A DNA stretch of 61,302 nt, filler included, from Actinomycetota bacterium (GCA_046725875.1; 4 parts of 4 records of this genome joined end to end with filler, not necessarily neighbours in it); one strand, 5' to 3'; positions 38,141 through 48,335 are shown, numbered from the whole stretch's first letter. Notes: a model not told the origin generated them from the sequence alone. Translations and numbers: made by a program.

Positions 38141-39694
38141 TTACTCCAAGCCGTTGCGGGCGATCACGTCGCGGAACCAGTGTGCGCTCTCCTTGAGACG
38201 CCGCTCACCGGTCGTGAAGTCGACGTGGATCAGTCCGAACCGGTTGCTGTATCCCTCCGCCCACTCGAGGTTGTCCAGCAGCGACCATACGAAATAGCCA
38301 CGCAGGTCCACGCCCTCCTCGATGGCCCTCGCCGCCACGCGCAGATGCGCGTCGAGGAAGTCGATCCGGTCCTGATCATGCACCCGCCCGTCGGGGGTCA
38401 CGACATCGTCGAACGCTGCCCCGTTCTCGGTTACCGCGAGCGGGATGCTCGGGTAGTCGCGGTGCAGCCGGCGAAGGACCTGGAGCAGCCCGTCGGGGTT
38501 TATCTCCCAACCGCTCGCCGTCACCGGTCCGGTACCGGGAAGCGTCTCGATGTCGTCGCAGCCCGGATACGGCGAATGCCCGGCGCCCCAGCCGTCATGC
38601 GGCCCGCGTTTTGGTGGAATGGCACCCTGCTCCCGCGGGTTCGGAGCGAGGGCCCCTTCTCCCCCCGCCAGGTCGGAAGCAAGGGGCCCTTCCACCGGAA
38701 CGACCGGTCGACCCGGCCGGGCGTCTGCTCGCCGCGCCGTGACCCGGGCCGGCCGGTAGTAGTTCACGCCGAGCAGGTCGATCGGTGTTGAGATGGTCTT
38801 CATATCCCCGCCCGCAATGAACGACCAGTCAGTGAGCGGGCGCATGTCGGCCAACAGGTCCGCTGGATACCGACCGATGAGTGCGGGTTCCAGGAAGATC
38901 CGGTTGTAGAGCGCGTCGATGCGACGCGCCGCTTCTCGATCAGCGTCGCTGGTGGTGCGCGGCAGAATGGGGTCCAGGTTCAGGGTCAGCGAAAAACGGT
39001 TCGTTCGGGCCCGACCGGACGCGCGCATCGCCGCCGTCGCCAGCCCATGACCGAGCAACAGATGGTGCGCCGCCCGGAGGGACGCGCCGGGCTCCTGTCG
39101 TCCCGGCGCATGTCGTCCCGCGCAGTAACCGAGGAACGCGGTGCACCACGGCTCGTTGACGGTGGTCCAGATGGGCACTTGGTCGGCCAGCGCCTTGTAC
39201 ACGATCTGCGCATAGTCGGCGAACCGGTGGGCAGTATCCCGGACCGGCCACCCACCGGCCTCCTCGAGTGCCTGGGGCAGGTCCCAGTGATAAAGGGTGA
39301 GTACGGGGGTGATGCCGGCGCCGAGCAGCTCGTCCACCAGACGGCGGTAGAAATCAAGACCTGCTTGGTTGGCGGGCCCGCGCCCGTCCGGCTGGATCCG
39401 GCTCCAGGCGACCGAGAAGCGGTATGCGTCGAGGCCGATCTTCTGCATCAGCGCGACATCCTGCGCATAGCGGGTGTAGTGGTCGGCGGCGACGTCGCCG
39501 GTTTCGCCGTTGCGCACTCGGCCGGGCGTGTGGCTGAAGGTGTCCCAGATCGACTGGCCACGACCGCCGGCGCGTACCGCACCCTCGATTTGGTAGGCGG
39601 CCGTTGCGGCACCCCACACGAAATTCGGTGGGAAGGTCACCGCCGGTCCGCTGGCACCGCCCGCCTCGGGCGCTGTCACCCTGCCCACGCTCAT
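38141..39694 (-). CDS. GH1 beta-glucosidase (BglC-like)
   Basis: WGAATAAYQIEG, NEP acid/base, TENG nucleophile; ATG 39694 overlaps the permease stop (ATGA). Confidence 0.95.
   Translation of the reverse strand: MSVGRVTAPEAGGASGPAVTFPPNFVWGAATAAYQIEGAVRAGGRGQSIWDTFSHTPGRVRNGETGDVAADHYTRYAQDVALMQKIGLDAYRFSVAWSRIQPDGRGPANQAGLDFYRRLVDELLGAGITPVLTLYHWDLPQALEEAGGWPVRDTAHRFADYAQIVYKALADQVPIWTTVNEPWCTAFLGYCAGRHAPGRQEPGASLRAAHHLLLGHGLATAAMRASGRARTNRFSLTLNLDPILPRTTSDADREAARRIDALYNRIFLEPALIGRYPADLLADMRPLTDWSFIAGGDMKTISTPIDLLGVNYYRPARVTARRADARPGRPVVPVEGPLASDLAGGEGALAPNPREQGAIPPKRGPHDGWGAGHSPYPGCDDIETLPGTGPVTASGWEINPDGLLQVLRRLHRDYPSIPLAVTENGAAFDDVVTPDGRVHDQDRIDFLDAHLRVAARAIEEGVDLRGYFVWSLLDNLEWAEGYSNRFGLIHVDFTTGERRLKESAHWFRDVIARNGLE
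38607..38702. repeat. Three-unit palindromic element in-frame within the GH1 gene
   Basis: Units at 38613-34, 38643-64 and 38675-96; 13-bp imperfect terminal inverted repeats; 96 bp in total. Confidence 0.75.
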
Positions 39695-40593
39695 CCCTTC
39701 AGCGCGCCTTGCATGATTCCGGCGACGATTTGGCGTCCGAAAAGGATGAAGACGATGACCAGCGGAAGCGTGGCCAGCGTCGTGCCGGTCATGATGAGCG
39801 AGAAGTCCTTTTGGAACCCGGTATTGATCTGGTCGATCGCGACCTGGAGCGTCGGGTTCTCCGGATTCAAGGCGACCAGCGGCCAGAGGAAGTCGTTCCA
39901 GGCCATGACGAAGGTGAACAGGCCTAGTACGGCGGCGGCCGGCCGGGCTGCCGGCAGGCAGACATGCCAGAAGACGCGGATCATGCTGCATCCGTCGACC
40001 CGCGCCGCCTCGATCAGCTCGGTTGGGAGCGCCTGAACGAGGTATTGCCGCATCCAGAAGACGCCGAGCGCGGTCACCATGTTGGGGACGATGACGGCCT
40101 GCAGGTGACCGATCCAGCCGTACTTCGCCATGAGGATGTAGAGCGGGACGATGCCAAGCTGCGTCGGTACCGCGAGCGTCGCGATGACGAAGAGGTACAG
40201 GGCATTGCGGCCGCGGAAGCGCAGCTTGGCGAAGGCGAAGCCGGCCAGGGTGGAGAAGAGCACCACCGACAGCGCAATGGTTGCGGCGACGATGATGCTG
40301 TTTACCATCGCCTTCCAGAACTTGATCTGGTCGAAGACCCGCTGCGCGTTGGCAAAGAAGTTGCCGCCCGGGAAGAGCGGAGGTGTTGAGTCGAAGGCGG
40401 TGGTCGACGTGTGGCTGCCGATCAGCACCTGCCAGTAGAGCGGGAACGTCGACCCGAGCAGGAACGCGATGAGCAGTCCGTAGGTGAGGAAGCCCGGCCG
40501 GCCGCGACGTCGGTGCCGCCAGGGGACTGGCCGCGGGGTTGGCCGGGCGGGAGCGGGCGCCGCCGCTCGTGGCATGGTGCGTACGGTCGTCAT
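39691..40593 (-). CDS. Carbohydrate ABC transporter permease (CebG-like)
   Basis: ELIEAARVDG EAA motif, WNDFLWP. Confidence 0.93.
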   Translation of the reverse strand: MTTVRTMPRAAAPAPARPTPRPVPWRHRRRGRPGFLTYGLLIAFLLGSTFPLYWQVLIGSHTSTTAFDSTPPLFPGGNFFANAQRVFDQIKFWKAMVNSIIVAATIALSVVLFSTLAGFAFAKLRFRGRNALYLFVIATLAVPTQLGIVPLYILMAKYGWIGHLQAVIVPNMVTALGVFWMRQYLVQALPTELIEAARVDGCSMIRVFWHVCLPAARPAAAVLGLFTFVMAWNDFLWPLVALNPENPTLQVAIDQINTGFQKDFSLIMTGTTLATLPLVIVFILFGRQIVAGIMQGALKG

Positions 40594-41555
40594 CGGTCGT
40601 CTCCCTCCGCCGACGCGATCCGCCGTACCACGAAGAAGTTCGCGATGGCGAAGACCACGATGATGAGGAAGAGCACCCAGGCGATTGCGGCGGCGTAGCC
40701 GAGCCGGAAGTTGCTAAATCCCTCCTGCCAAAGCAGCAGCGTGATGGTCTGGAACTGGTGACGGGAGCCGCCGTTCCCAGTGCCCGGGATGCTGTCGAAC
40801 ATCCGCGGCTCGGTGAAGATCTGCAGGCCACCGATGGTCGACGTGATGACGACGAAGATGATGACCGGCCGCAACATCGGCACCGTGACATACCTGAATC
40901 GCTCCCAGGCATTGGCACCATCGACCCGCGCCGCCTCGTACAAGTCTTTCGGGATCGCCTGCATGGCGGCGAGGAAGATCAAGGCGTTGTAGCCCGTCCA
41001 TCGCCAATTCACCATTGTGGAGATGGCGAGGTGGCTGGGGACGCGATCGACGTGCCAGGCGATGCCGTCCTGGCCGAGCCAGCCGAGCACGTTGTTGATC
41101 AGGCCGAATTGGTCGCCGAACAAATTGCTGAAAATGATGCCGACCGCCACCAGGCTGGTGGCGTAGGGGATGAGGAGCGCGATCCGGAACCCACTACGGA
41201 ACCGGATCTGCTCGTTGAGGAGAACTGCGAGGAACAGCGCCAGGACGATCTGTGTGCCGCTGGAGATCACGAAAATGCTGACGGTGTTCTTGACCGCGTT
41301 CCAGAAGATCGTGTCGTGCCAGAGCACGCGGAAGTTCTCCAGCCCGACGAACTCCTCCGGCTTGTCGCTCCCGAAGCTCCACTTGTGCAGCGACACCCAA
41401 GCCGTATAGAGCAGCGGATAGAGCCCGACCAGCGCGAAGAGGATGAAGAACGGCGCGATGTAGAGGTAGGGCGAGACCTTCACGTCAAGCTGGTTCAACC
41501 GCTGCCGCAGGGTGAGCCGCTCGCGGGCGGCGGTCGCGACTGGTGTCGCGGCCAT
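40590..41555 (-). CDS. Carbohydrate ABC transporter permease (CebF-like)
   Basis: PYLYIAPFF, WRWTGYN, LYEAARVDGA. Confidence 0.93.
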   Translation of the reverse strand: MAATPVATAARERLTLRQRLNQLDVKVSPYLYIAPFFILFALVGLYPLLYTAWVSLHKWSFGSDKPEEFVGLENFRVLWHDTIFWNAVKNTVSIFVISSGTQIVLALFLAVLLNEQIRFRSGFRIALLIPYATSLVAVGIIFSNLFGDQFGLINNVLGWLGQDGIAWHVDRVPSHLAISTMVNWRWTGYNALIFLAAMQAIPKDLYEAARVDGANAWERFRYVTVPMLRPVIIFVVITSTIGGLQIFTEPRMFDSIPGTGNGGSRHQFQTITLLLWQEGFSNFRLGYAAAIAWVLFLIIVVFAIANFFVVRRIASAEGDDR

Positions 41556-41741
41556 GCGATCACCCCTTTCTGGACTGCGAGCGCGACGTGGCAGACCACG
41601 CTCCCAGCGCTTCGGCGGTCGGGCCGCCTGGTGGCGGCCGGGTGGGCGGTGCAGGCGACCGACACCTCGCCCTTTGTGCTGGTCTCCTGGCGTCTGGGTG
41701 AGCTTCGGGTGGGGGCCGTTCGACCCCCACCCGATCAGCCG

Positions 41742-43043
41742 TCAGCCGCTGCCGGCGATGCGCTTTGCCTCGTTGACGAACTGCTCCCAGCCCTCGTCGG
41801 CGGTGGCGCCCTGCTCCACCGCCTGCAACGCCGGGCTGGCCGCGTTGTCCTGGATCGCCAGATCGTTCGGGCCCTTCCACTGCGCCTCGGTGATCGCCTG
41901 CGCCCTCGTGCCGAAGATCTTGCCGACCTCGGCGCCGCCGAAGTAGGCGTCCTTGAAGCTAAGCAGGTCGGGGCTGGATAGAGCCTGGACCTGGCTCGGG
42001 AACGTGCCGGCGGCCTTGAAGGCCTTGATCTGCTGCTCGGGCGCGGTCAGCCACGCGGCAAGGTCGGCGGCTTCCTTCGGGTGCTTGGTTTGTGTCGGCA
42101 CCGTCAGGTACGAGCCGCCCCAGTTGCCGCCACCGCCGGGGAAGGCGTCCGCGACCGCCCACTTGCCGGCGTTGGCGTCGCCGGCCGCGCCTTTGATCAC
42201 ACCGAGCATCCAGGACGGGCAGGCCTCGGTCGCGAAGGTGCCCTTCTGGAAGCCGGCGTTCCACTCGTCGCTGAAGGCGGGCAGCTTGGCCGACAGGCCG
42301 TCCTTCACCGCCGCGGAGACTTGGTTCCAGGCGTTCCGCAGCTCGGTGTTCGATTCGATGATCAGATTGTTGTTCCGGTCGGAGAAGCCGAGCGGGAGCT
42401 GGTTATACATCGCGTTGAAGATCTGGCTCGCCGAGTCGAACCACGCCGCGTTGGACTCCGCCACGAATTGCTTGCCGGTCCCGAAGTAGGTGTCCCAGGT
42501 CGCGAAGAGCGGGGCTACCTCGGCCGGGTCGGACGGCAACCCGGCCTTCTCGAACAGATCCTCCCGGTAGCAGATCGCCTGCGGGCCGATGTCGGTGCCG
42601 TAGCCGATCAGCTTGCCGTCCGGCGTGGTCGCCCGGGCGGTCTTCCACTCCACCCAGCGGCCGTCAACGTTGGGGCCGACCGCCTTGAGGTCGTTGAACT
42701 TGTCGGCGATCTTCATCGCCTGGCCGATCGAGCCTTCCTCAATCGCCGCCACGTCTGGAGCCCCCGAGCCCGCGCCGAGCTGCTGGAACAGGGCCTGGGT
42801 GTAAGGGCCGCCCTGCTCGACATGCCGCTCGGTGATCTTGATGTTCGGGTGCAGCCGCATGTACTCGTCGTACAGGCCGGCCTGGGTGTACCCAAATGTC
42901 CCAAACGTGCCGACAACGAGCTTGACCGGCTCGTTGCTGCTGGCAGCTTGGTCGCTGTCGTCATCCGAGGAGCACGCCGCGAGCACCATCGCCGCTGCGA
43001 CGATCGCGGCGAGGGCAGCGCTCCTCTTGAAACGGTTTCGCAC
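41742..43043 (-). CDS. Cellobiose/cello-oligosaccharide-binding lipoprotein (CebE-like)
   Basis: Lipobox LAAC, FGTFGY, GYGTDIGP, GGGNWGGS; GTG 43043. Confidence 0.9.
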   Translation of the reverse strand: MRNRFKRSAALAAIVAAAMVLAACSSDDDSDQAASSNEPVKLVVGTFGTFGYTQAGLYDEYMRLHPNIKITERHVEQGGPYTQALFQQLGAGSGAPDVAAIEEGSIGQAMKIADKFNDLKAVGPNVDGRWVEWKTARATTPDGKLIGYGTDIGPQAICYREDLFEKAGLPSDPAEVAPLFATWDTYFGTGKQFVAESNAAWFDSASQIFNAMYNQLPLGFSDRNNNLIIESNTELRNAWNQVSAAVKDGLSAKLPAFSDEWNAGFQKGTFATEACPSWMLGVIKGAAGDANAGKWAVADAFPGGGGNWGGSYLTVPTQTKHPKEAADLAAWLTAPEQQIKAFKAAGTFPSQVQALSSPDLLSFKDAYFGGAEVGKIFGTRAQAITEAQWKGPNDLAIQDNAASPALQAVEQGATADEGWEQFVNEAKRIAGSG

Positions 43044-43149
43044 GGTATCTACCCCCTGGGTGGAGAGGTGGGGGTCCAGCACACTGCCGGACCGGTGGAG
43101 GTGGTGTCCAGCTATGTGCTGGACCGCTGGAGTAGTGCGGGATAATTCG

Positions 43150-43163
43150 TGGGAGCGCTCCCA
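43150..43163. promoter_or_regulatory. CebR/CelR binding site (cbs)
   Basis: Perfect TGGGAGCGCTCCCA upstream of the binding-protein gene; half-site TGGGAGCG at 43181. Confidence 0.95.
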
Positions 43164-43402
43164 CGGATCTTCCGGCAGTTTGGGAGCGTCTGGCGCTCGT
43201 GTCAAGCACGCGTTACCAAAAGGTTGCCGAGTGGCGTCATCCGCCGTCGGACCCGCCGCTGGTCTGGCGGTTTGATCCGCCAAGCTCCTCGAACCCGTAC
43301 ATGGCGCATTGCAGGCGAGCCTCAATGCTCCGGTCTGCAACGGTTGGCGGATCAAACTGCAGGTCCGCGGGTCGGCACAGTCGTTGTCTAGGATCGCGAA
43401 GC

Positions 43403-44011
43403 GTGGATGTCGGGCTGACCGGCGGAATCGGCTCGGGCAAGTCCGAGGTGGCCCGGTTGTTGGCGACCTATGGTGCGCTGATCGTTGACTCAGACATGCT
43501 CGCCCGAGAGGCTGTCGCGCCCGGCAGTATCGGACTCGCCGCCGTTGCCGCCGAGTTCGGGCCGGGCATTCTTGGGCCGGACGGCTCGCTTGACCGGCCG
43601 AAGCTGGCCGAGATCGTTTTTGCTGATCAAAAGCGCCGCGAGGCACTCGAGCGGATCATTCATCCATATGTACGTACTCGTGCGGCCGAGCTCGCAAAGG
43701 CGGCGCCGCGGGGCAGCGTGGTCGTACACGATGTTCCGCTCCTTTCGGAGAAGGGGCATCAGGACCGGTATGACGTCGTGGTCGTGGTCGACGCGCCGGT
43801 GGAGGTCCAGCTCGATCGGCTCGTGAGGCTGCGCGGCATGACGGAGGCGGACGCCAAAGCGAGGATCGCCGCTCAAGCGACCAGGGACGAGCGGCTCGCG
43901 ATCGCCGACTACGTCATTGACAACTCAGGGACGCTCGACGACCTCGGCCTGCAGGTGGATCGACTCTGGCGACAGCTGTCAAACCGGGCCGACGGGGCGA
44001 CCGGCTGCTAG
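43403..44011 (+). CDS. coaE: Dephospho-CoA kinase
   Basis: [24 protein letters not shown]; lies upstream of uvrB. Confidence 0.95.
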   Translation: MDVGLTGGIGSGKSEVARLLATYGALIVDSDMLAREAVAPGSIGLAAVAAEFGPGILGPDGSLDRPKLAEIVFADQKRREALERIIHPYVRTRAAELAKAAPRGSVVVHDVPLLSEKGHQDRYDVVVVVDAPVEVQLDRLVRLRGMTEADAKARIAAQATRDERLAIADYVIDNSGTLDDLGLQVDRLWRQLSNRADGATGC

Positions 44012-44042
44012 CCGCGCAAGACAGCCGGCTCCGGGGTCGGAA

Positions 44043-44064
44043 TGTCAGTCGGCCGGCGTACGTT
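44043..44064 (+). promoter_or_regulatory. RecA-NDp (PafBC-activated) promoter of uvrB
   Basis: TGTCAG-N10-TACGTT matches TGTCRG-N10-TANNNT. Confidence 0.8.
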
Positions 44065-44072
44065 GGGTGGGC

Positions 44073-46187
44073 GTGAGACCGGTTACCGACCTGCAGCGCA
44101 GGGTTGCCCCGTTCCAGGTGGTCAGTGAGTTCGCCCCATCCGGCGACCAGCCGCAGGCGATCGACGAGCTCGACCGGCGGATCAAGGCGAGGGAGAAGGA
44201 TGTCGTCCTGCTCGGCGCCACTGGCACGGGCAAGAGCGCGACGACGGCTTGGCTCGTCGAGCGGCTGCAGCGGCCCACGCTGGTGATCGCTCCCAACAAG
44301 ACGCTCGCGGCGCAGCTCGCGAACGAGTTCAGGGAATTGTTGCCCAACAACGCCGTCGAGTATTTCGTCTCCTACTACGACTACTACCAGCCCGAGGCCT
44401 ACGTCCCGCAGACCGACACCTATATCGAGAAGGATTCGTCGATCAACGAAGAGGTCGAGCGGCTCCGTCACTCCGCTACATGGTCGCTGCTCAGCCGCCG
44501 GGATGTGATCGTGGTCGCCACGGTCTCCTGCATCTACGGGCTGGGGTCCGCCGAGGAGTATCTGGGGCGCATGGTGCCCTTGCGGGCCGGCGAGGAGATC
44601 GACCGAGATGAGCTGCTGCGCCAGCTCGTCCAGGTGCAGTACACGCGGAACGATCTGTCATTCACTCGCGGCACCTTCCGGGTACGCGGGGACACGATCG
44701 AGATCTTCCCGGTCTACGAGGAGCTCGCCGTCCGGGTGGAGATGTTCGGCGACGAGATCGAGCGGATCATGGCGCTCCATCCGCTGACCGGTGAGGTGAT
44801 CCGCGAGGAAGATGAGATGTTCATCGCGCCGGCCACCCACTACGTCGCCGGACCCGAGCGCATGGAGCGCGCGATCGCCGGGATCGAGGCCGAGCTGACC
44901 AGCCGACTAGCGGAGCTGGAGAAGCAAGGCAAGCTGCTCGAGGCGCAGCGGCTACGGATGCGAACGACGTATGACGTGGAGATGATGCGGCAGGTCGGCT
45001 TCTGCTCGGGAATCGAGAACTACTCGATGCACATCGACGGCCGGCAGTACGGCGAGCCGCCGTTCTGCCTGCTTGACTATTTCCCCGAAGATTTCCTGCT
45101 GGTCATCGACGAATCGCACGTGACCGTGCCGCAGATCGGTGGGATGTACGAGGGTGACATCTCGCGCAAGCGGATGCTGATCGAGCACGGCTTCCGCCTT
45201 CCGAGCGCGGCGGACAACCGGCCGCTTCGTTGGGGGGAATTCCTGCAGCGGGTGGGCCAGACCGTCTACCTGTCCGCTACGCCAGGGCCCTACGAGACCT
45301 CTAGGGCAAAGGGCGCGGTCGAGCAGATCATCCGGCCGACCGGCCTGGTCGACCCGGAGGTCGTGGTCAAGCCGACCAAGGGCCAGATCGACGACCTTGT
45401 CCACGAGATCAAGCTCAGAGCCGACCGCGACGAACGGGTCCTAGTCACAACGCTGACCAAGAAGATGGCCGAAGATCTCACCGATTACTTGCTCGAGCTC
45501 GGCGTTCGGGTGCGCTATCTCCACTCCGAGGTCGACACCCTGCGTCGGGTCGAGCTGCTGCGCGAGCTCCGCCTCGGCGAGTACGACGTTCTGGTCGGCA
45601 TCAACCTCCTCCGCGAGGGCCTCGACCTGCCCGAGGTGTCGTTGGTGTCGATCCTCGACGCGGACAAGGAGGGCTTCCTCAGGTCCGGCACCTCGCTCAT
45701 CCAGACAATCGGCCGGGCCGCCAGGAACGTCTCCGGACAGGTTCATATGTACGCGGACACCGTCACGCCGTCGATGCAGAACGCCATCGAGGAGACCAAC
45801 CGTCGGCGAGCAAAGCAGATCGCCTTCAACGCCGAGCACGGCATCGACCCCAAGCCGCTGCGGAAAAAGATCGCTGACATTCTGGACACCATCGTTCGAG
45901 AGGACGCGGACACCGAGGTGCTGGTTGGTGGCGGCGGACGGCAGCAGTCGCGCGGCAAGGCTCCGGTGCCCGGCCTGTCTTCCAGGGCGCGCGGGGATGT
46001 CGGTCGGCATGCCAAGGATCTCGCCGGAATGCCCGCCACCGACCTCGCCGATCTCATCCAGCAGCTCACCGACCAGATGCATGCGGCCGCACGCGAGCTG
46101 CAGTTCGAGCTTGCGGCGCGGCTCCGGGACGAGATCCACGAGCTCAAGAAGGAGCTACGCGCCATGAACAAGGCCGGCGTGGGCTGA
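44073..46187 (+). CDS. uvrB: Excinuclease ABC subunit B
   Basis: [33 protein letters not shown]-terminal UVR domain. Confidence 0.99.
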   Translation: MRPVTDLQRRVAPFQVVSEFAPSGDQPQAIDELDRRIKAREKDVVLLGATGTGKSATTAWLVERLQRPTLVIAPNKTLAAQLANEFRELLPNNAVEYFVSYYDYYQPEAYVPQTDTYIEKDSSINEEVERLRHSATWSLLSRRDVIVVATVSCIYGLGSAEEYLGRMVPLRAGEEIDRDELLRQLVQVQYTRNDLSFTRGTFRVRGDTIEIFPVYEELAVRVEMFGDEIERIMALHPLTGEVIREEDEMFIAPATHYVAGPERMERAIAGIEAELTSRLAELEKQGKLLEAQRLRMRTTYDVEMMRQVGFCSGIENYSMHIDGRQYGEPPFCLLDYFPEDFLLVIDESHVTVPQIGGMYEGDISRKRMLIEHGFRLPSAADNRPLRWGEFLQRVGQTVYLSATPGPYETSRAKGAVEQIIRPTGLVDPEVVVKPTKGQIDDLVHEIKLRADRDERVLVTTLTKKMAEDLTDYLLELGVRVRYLHSEVDTLRRVELLRELRLGEYDVLVGINLLREGLDLPEVSLVSILDADKEGFLRSGTSLIQTIGRAARNVSGQVHMYADTVTPSMQNAIEETNRRRAKQIAFNAEHGIDPKPLRKKIADILDTIVREDADTEVLVGGGGRQQSRGKAPVPGLSSRARGDVGRHAKDLAGMPATDLADLIQQLTDQMHAAARELQFELAARLRDEIHELKKELRAMNKAGVG

Positions 46188-46258
46188 ACCGTAACGCGTC
46201 CGATCCACCGGCCCGATTTTGAGGGATCCGGCGACTTACGGAAGAATGGGCGGTAGGT

Positions 46259-46435
46259 GGAGGGGAGTATCCCTTTCGCGGCGGCGTCGTCACCACGGCT
46301 ACCCCAAGGCCAGGTCGACCGGTGTGCCCGGCAGTTGTCGGGTCAGGATGATCAAACCGACGGGTTCCCGGCGCCGGCGGTCGGCCAGCGTTTCCTCCAG
46401 GCGCCACCTGGCGCGGGTCGGCGGGAGAGACCTCC
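46259..46435 (+). ncRNA. yybP-ykoY manganese riboswitch
   Basis: GGAGGGGAGTATCCC...CGTCGTCA...GGCGGGAGAGACCTCC conserved ends, directly upstream of a TerC gene. Confidence 0.85.
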
Positions 46436-46474
46436 GGTAGTTGATGTCACGTCGCTGCTACCGGAGGGCTTCTG

Positions 46475-47587
46475 GTGGATGTCCCGTTCTTGATCTGGGT
46501 CGCAACGATCGCGGGCTTCATTGCGCTCGTCGCGTTCGACTTCGTACTCGTCGTACGCAACCCGCGCGAGCCGTCGTTCCGCGAGTGCACGGCGTGGACG
46601 GTCTTTTATGTCAGCCTCGCACTTCTATTCGGCCTCGGCATTTACCTGACCTCGGGTGGGCAGTACGCCGGGGAGTTCTACGCCGGCTGGCTCACGGAGT
46701 ACTCGCTGTCGATCGACAACCTCTTCGTCTTCGTGATCACCATGTCGGCGTTCCGGGTTCCCCGGATGCATCAGCAGGAGGTCTTGCTAATCGGGATCGT
46801 CCTGGCGCTGGTCTTTCGTGGGATCTTCATCGCCCTCGGCGCGAACGCGCTCGCCCGGCTCGATGCGCTCTTTTACCTCTTCGGCGCGTTCCTGATCTGG
46901 ACGGCGATCGGGCTGCTCAGACACGAGGCGACGGAGGAGTTCACCGAGAACCGGGTCCTGCGTTGGGTCAAGCGGGTGCTGCCGACGACCAACGAGTACC
47001 ACGGAGCCCGACTCACCGTCGCGCGGGATGGTCGCCGGCTGTTCACGCCGATGCTGATCGTCATGGTTGCAATCGGAACCACCGACCTGCTCTTTGCCCT
47101 CGACTCGATCCCGGCGATCTTCGGCCTGACGACCGAGGCTTACCTCGTCTTCACGGCGAACGCGTTCGCACTGATGGGCCTGCGGCAGCTGTATTTCCTG
47201 ATCGGCGGCCTGCTCGACCGGCTCGTCTACCTGTCGAAGGGCCTCGCGGTCATCCTCGCTTTCATCGGGGTGAAGCTAATTCTGGAGGCGCTGCACCAAG
47301 ACGGCGTGTCGTGGGCTCCGGAGATCCCGATCGTCGTGTCGCTCGGCGTCATCATCCTCACCTTGACGGTGACGACCGTGCTCAGTCTGCTCAAGGCTCG
47401 GCGGGAAGGCGCTCGCGTCCCCATCGCCGCGGGGGCCGCGAAGCTCGCCGTCGAGACCGAACCCGAGCCGGAGAAGCGGTTATTTAACTCATCTCATAGC
47501 CGCGCACGTACCGGACATGGCCTGATTTCGGATACGCCGCGGCGTCACGCTCCTCCTCCCTGGGGAACTCGAAGAGGTCCACCATGA
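46475..47587 (+). CDS. TerC/Alx family metal homeostasis membrane protein
   Basis: EYSLSIDNLFVF, TDLLFALDSIPAIFG, FALMGLRQLYF. Confidence 0.95.
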   Translation: MDVPFLIWVATIAGFIALVAFDFVLVVRNPREPSFRECTAWTVFYVSLALLFGLGIYLTSGGQYAGEFYAGWLTEYSLSIDNLFVFVITMSAFRVPRMHQQEVLLIGIVLALVFRGIFIALGANALARLDALFYLFGAFLIWTAIGLLRHEATEEFTENRVLRWVKRVLPTTNEYHGARLTVARDGRRLFTPMLIVMVAIGTTDLLFALDSIPAIFGLTTEAYLVFTANAFALMGLRQLYFLIGGLLDRLVYLSKGLAVILAFIGVKLILEALHQDGVSWAPEIPIVVSLGVIILTLTVTTVLSLLKARREGARVPIAAGAAKLAVETEPEPEKRLFNSSHSRARTGHGLISDTPRRHAPPPWGTRRGPP

Positions 47588-48335
47588 GCTGCAACGGGTA
47601 GTTGAGGCCCTGCTGAACGGTGTGGACGAGGGAGTCGTCGACGTAGAACCGCACCCGATGCGCGTCCCACTCGGCGGCGTAGGTGTGCTCATCTGTGGCG
47701 TCCAGGTCGAGCCACAGGTCAACCATGTCGGTGCGCAGCTGCGGATCGTGGTGCGCCTTGACACCCAGACGCACTTGCGAACGATCCGATCGGATCGCAT
47801 TTCCGTACAGCTCGGCCACGCAAACCTCGCCGGAGTCCTGCGGTGCGGACTCCTCAAGGCCGACGAGCCAGATCGCCAACATGCAGGCTGGATCGGCGCT
47901 GGCCCGCAGGCGTGCCTCAACGCGCCCGGACGACGGTGTCCACAGCCGCCGAGTGGGTTGGGCGGTTCGCACCCGAAGATCGGGCCGGTGACGATGCTGT
48001 CCGACGATGGAGCCAAGAGGGCCGGAGAAGCTGCCTGTCTGGATGTTGGAGACCCGCATCGACCCGTCCTCGGGCCGCCAGGCCGGCTGGTCCGCCTCAA
48101 TGAGCAGCCGTAGGCCGCCGGGGTCGAACCCGTAGCGGGCGGCCGAGCGATCCGGCGTGGTCCAGTGGGGTAGGTAGTGATCTACCCAGCGGCCGCCATC
48201 CAGTCCCGGACCGACAAAGTCATCGGCGAAGACCAACTCGTAGCCGGAGCGATCGGGTCGCGCGCGCCGAGCGTCGGGACTGATCACTGATGGCTTCCTT
48301 TCCCTTACCACTAAGACCGGCGTTTCAGTCGTCAA
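47484..48335 (-). CDS. Glycoside hydrolase family 16 protein
   Basis: YELVFADDF, YLPHW, GEVCVAELYG, HTYAAEW, YPLQLM; start uncertain. Confidence 0.75.
   Translation of the reverse strand: MTTETPVLVVRERKPSVISPDARRARPDRSGYELVFADDFVGPGLDGGRWVDHYLPHWTTPDRSAARYGFDPGGLRLLIEADQPAWRPEDGSMRVSNIQTGSFSGPLGSIVGQHRHRPDLRVRTAQPTRRLWTPSSGRVEARLRASADPACMLAIWLVGLEESAPQDSGEVCVAELYGNAIRSDRSQVRLGVKAHHDPQLRTDMVDLWLDLDATDEHTYAAEWDAHRVRFYVDDSLVHTVQQGLNYPLQLMVDLFEFPREEERDAAAYPKSGHVRYVRGYEMS

Noticed and set aside
38141..40921. 926-aa ORF suggesting a giant GH1 fusion
   Set aside because: The upstream part is an alternative frame over the permease genes; the real start is ATG 39694, coupled to the permease stop.
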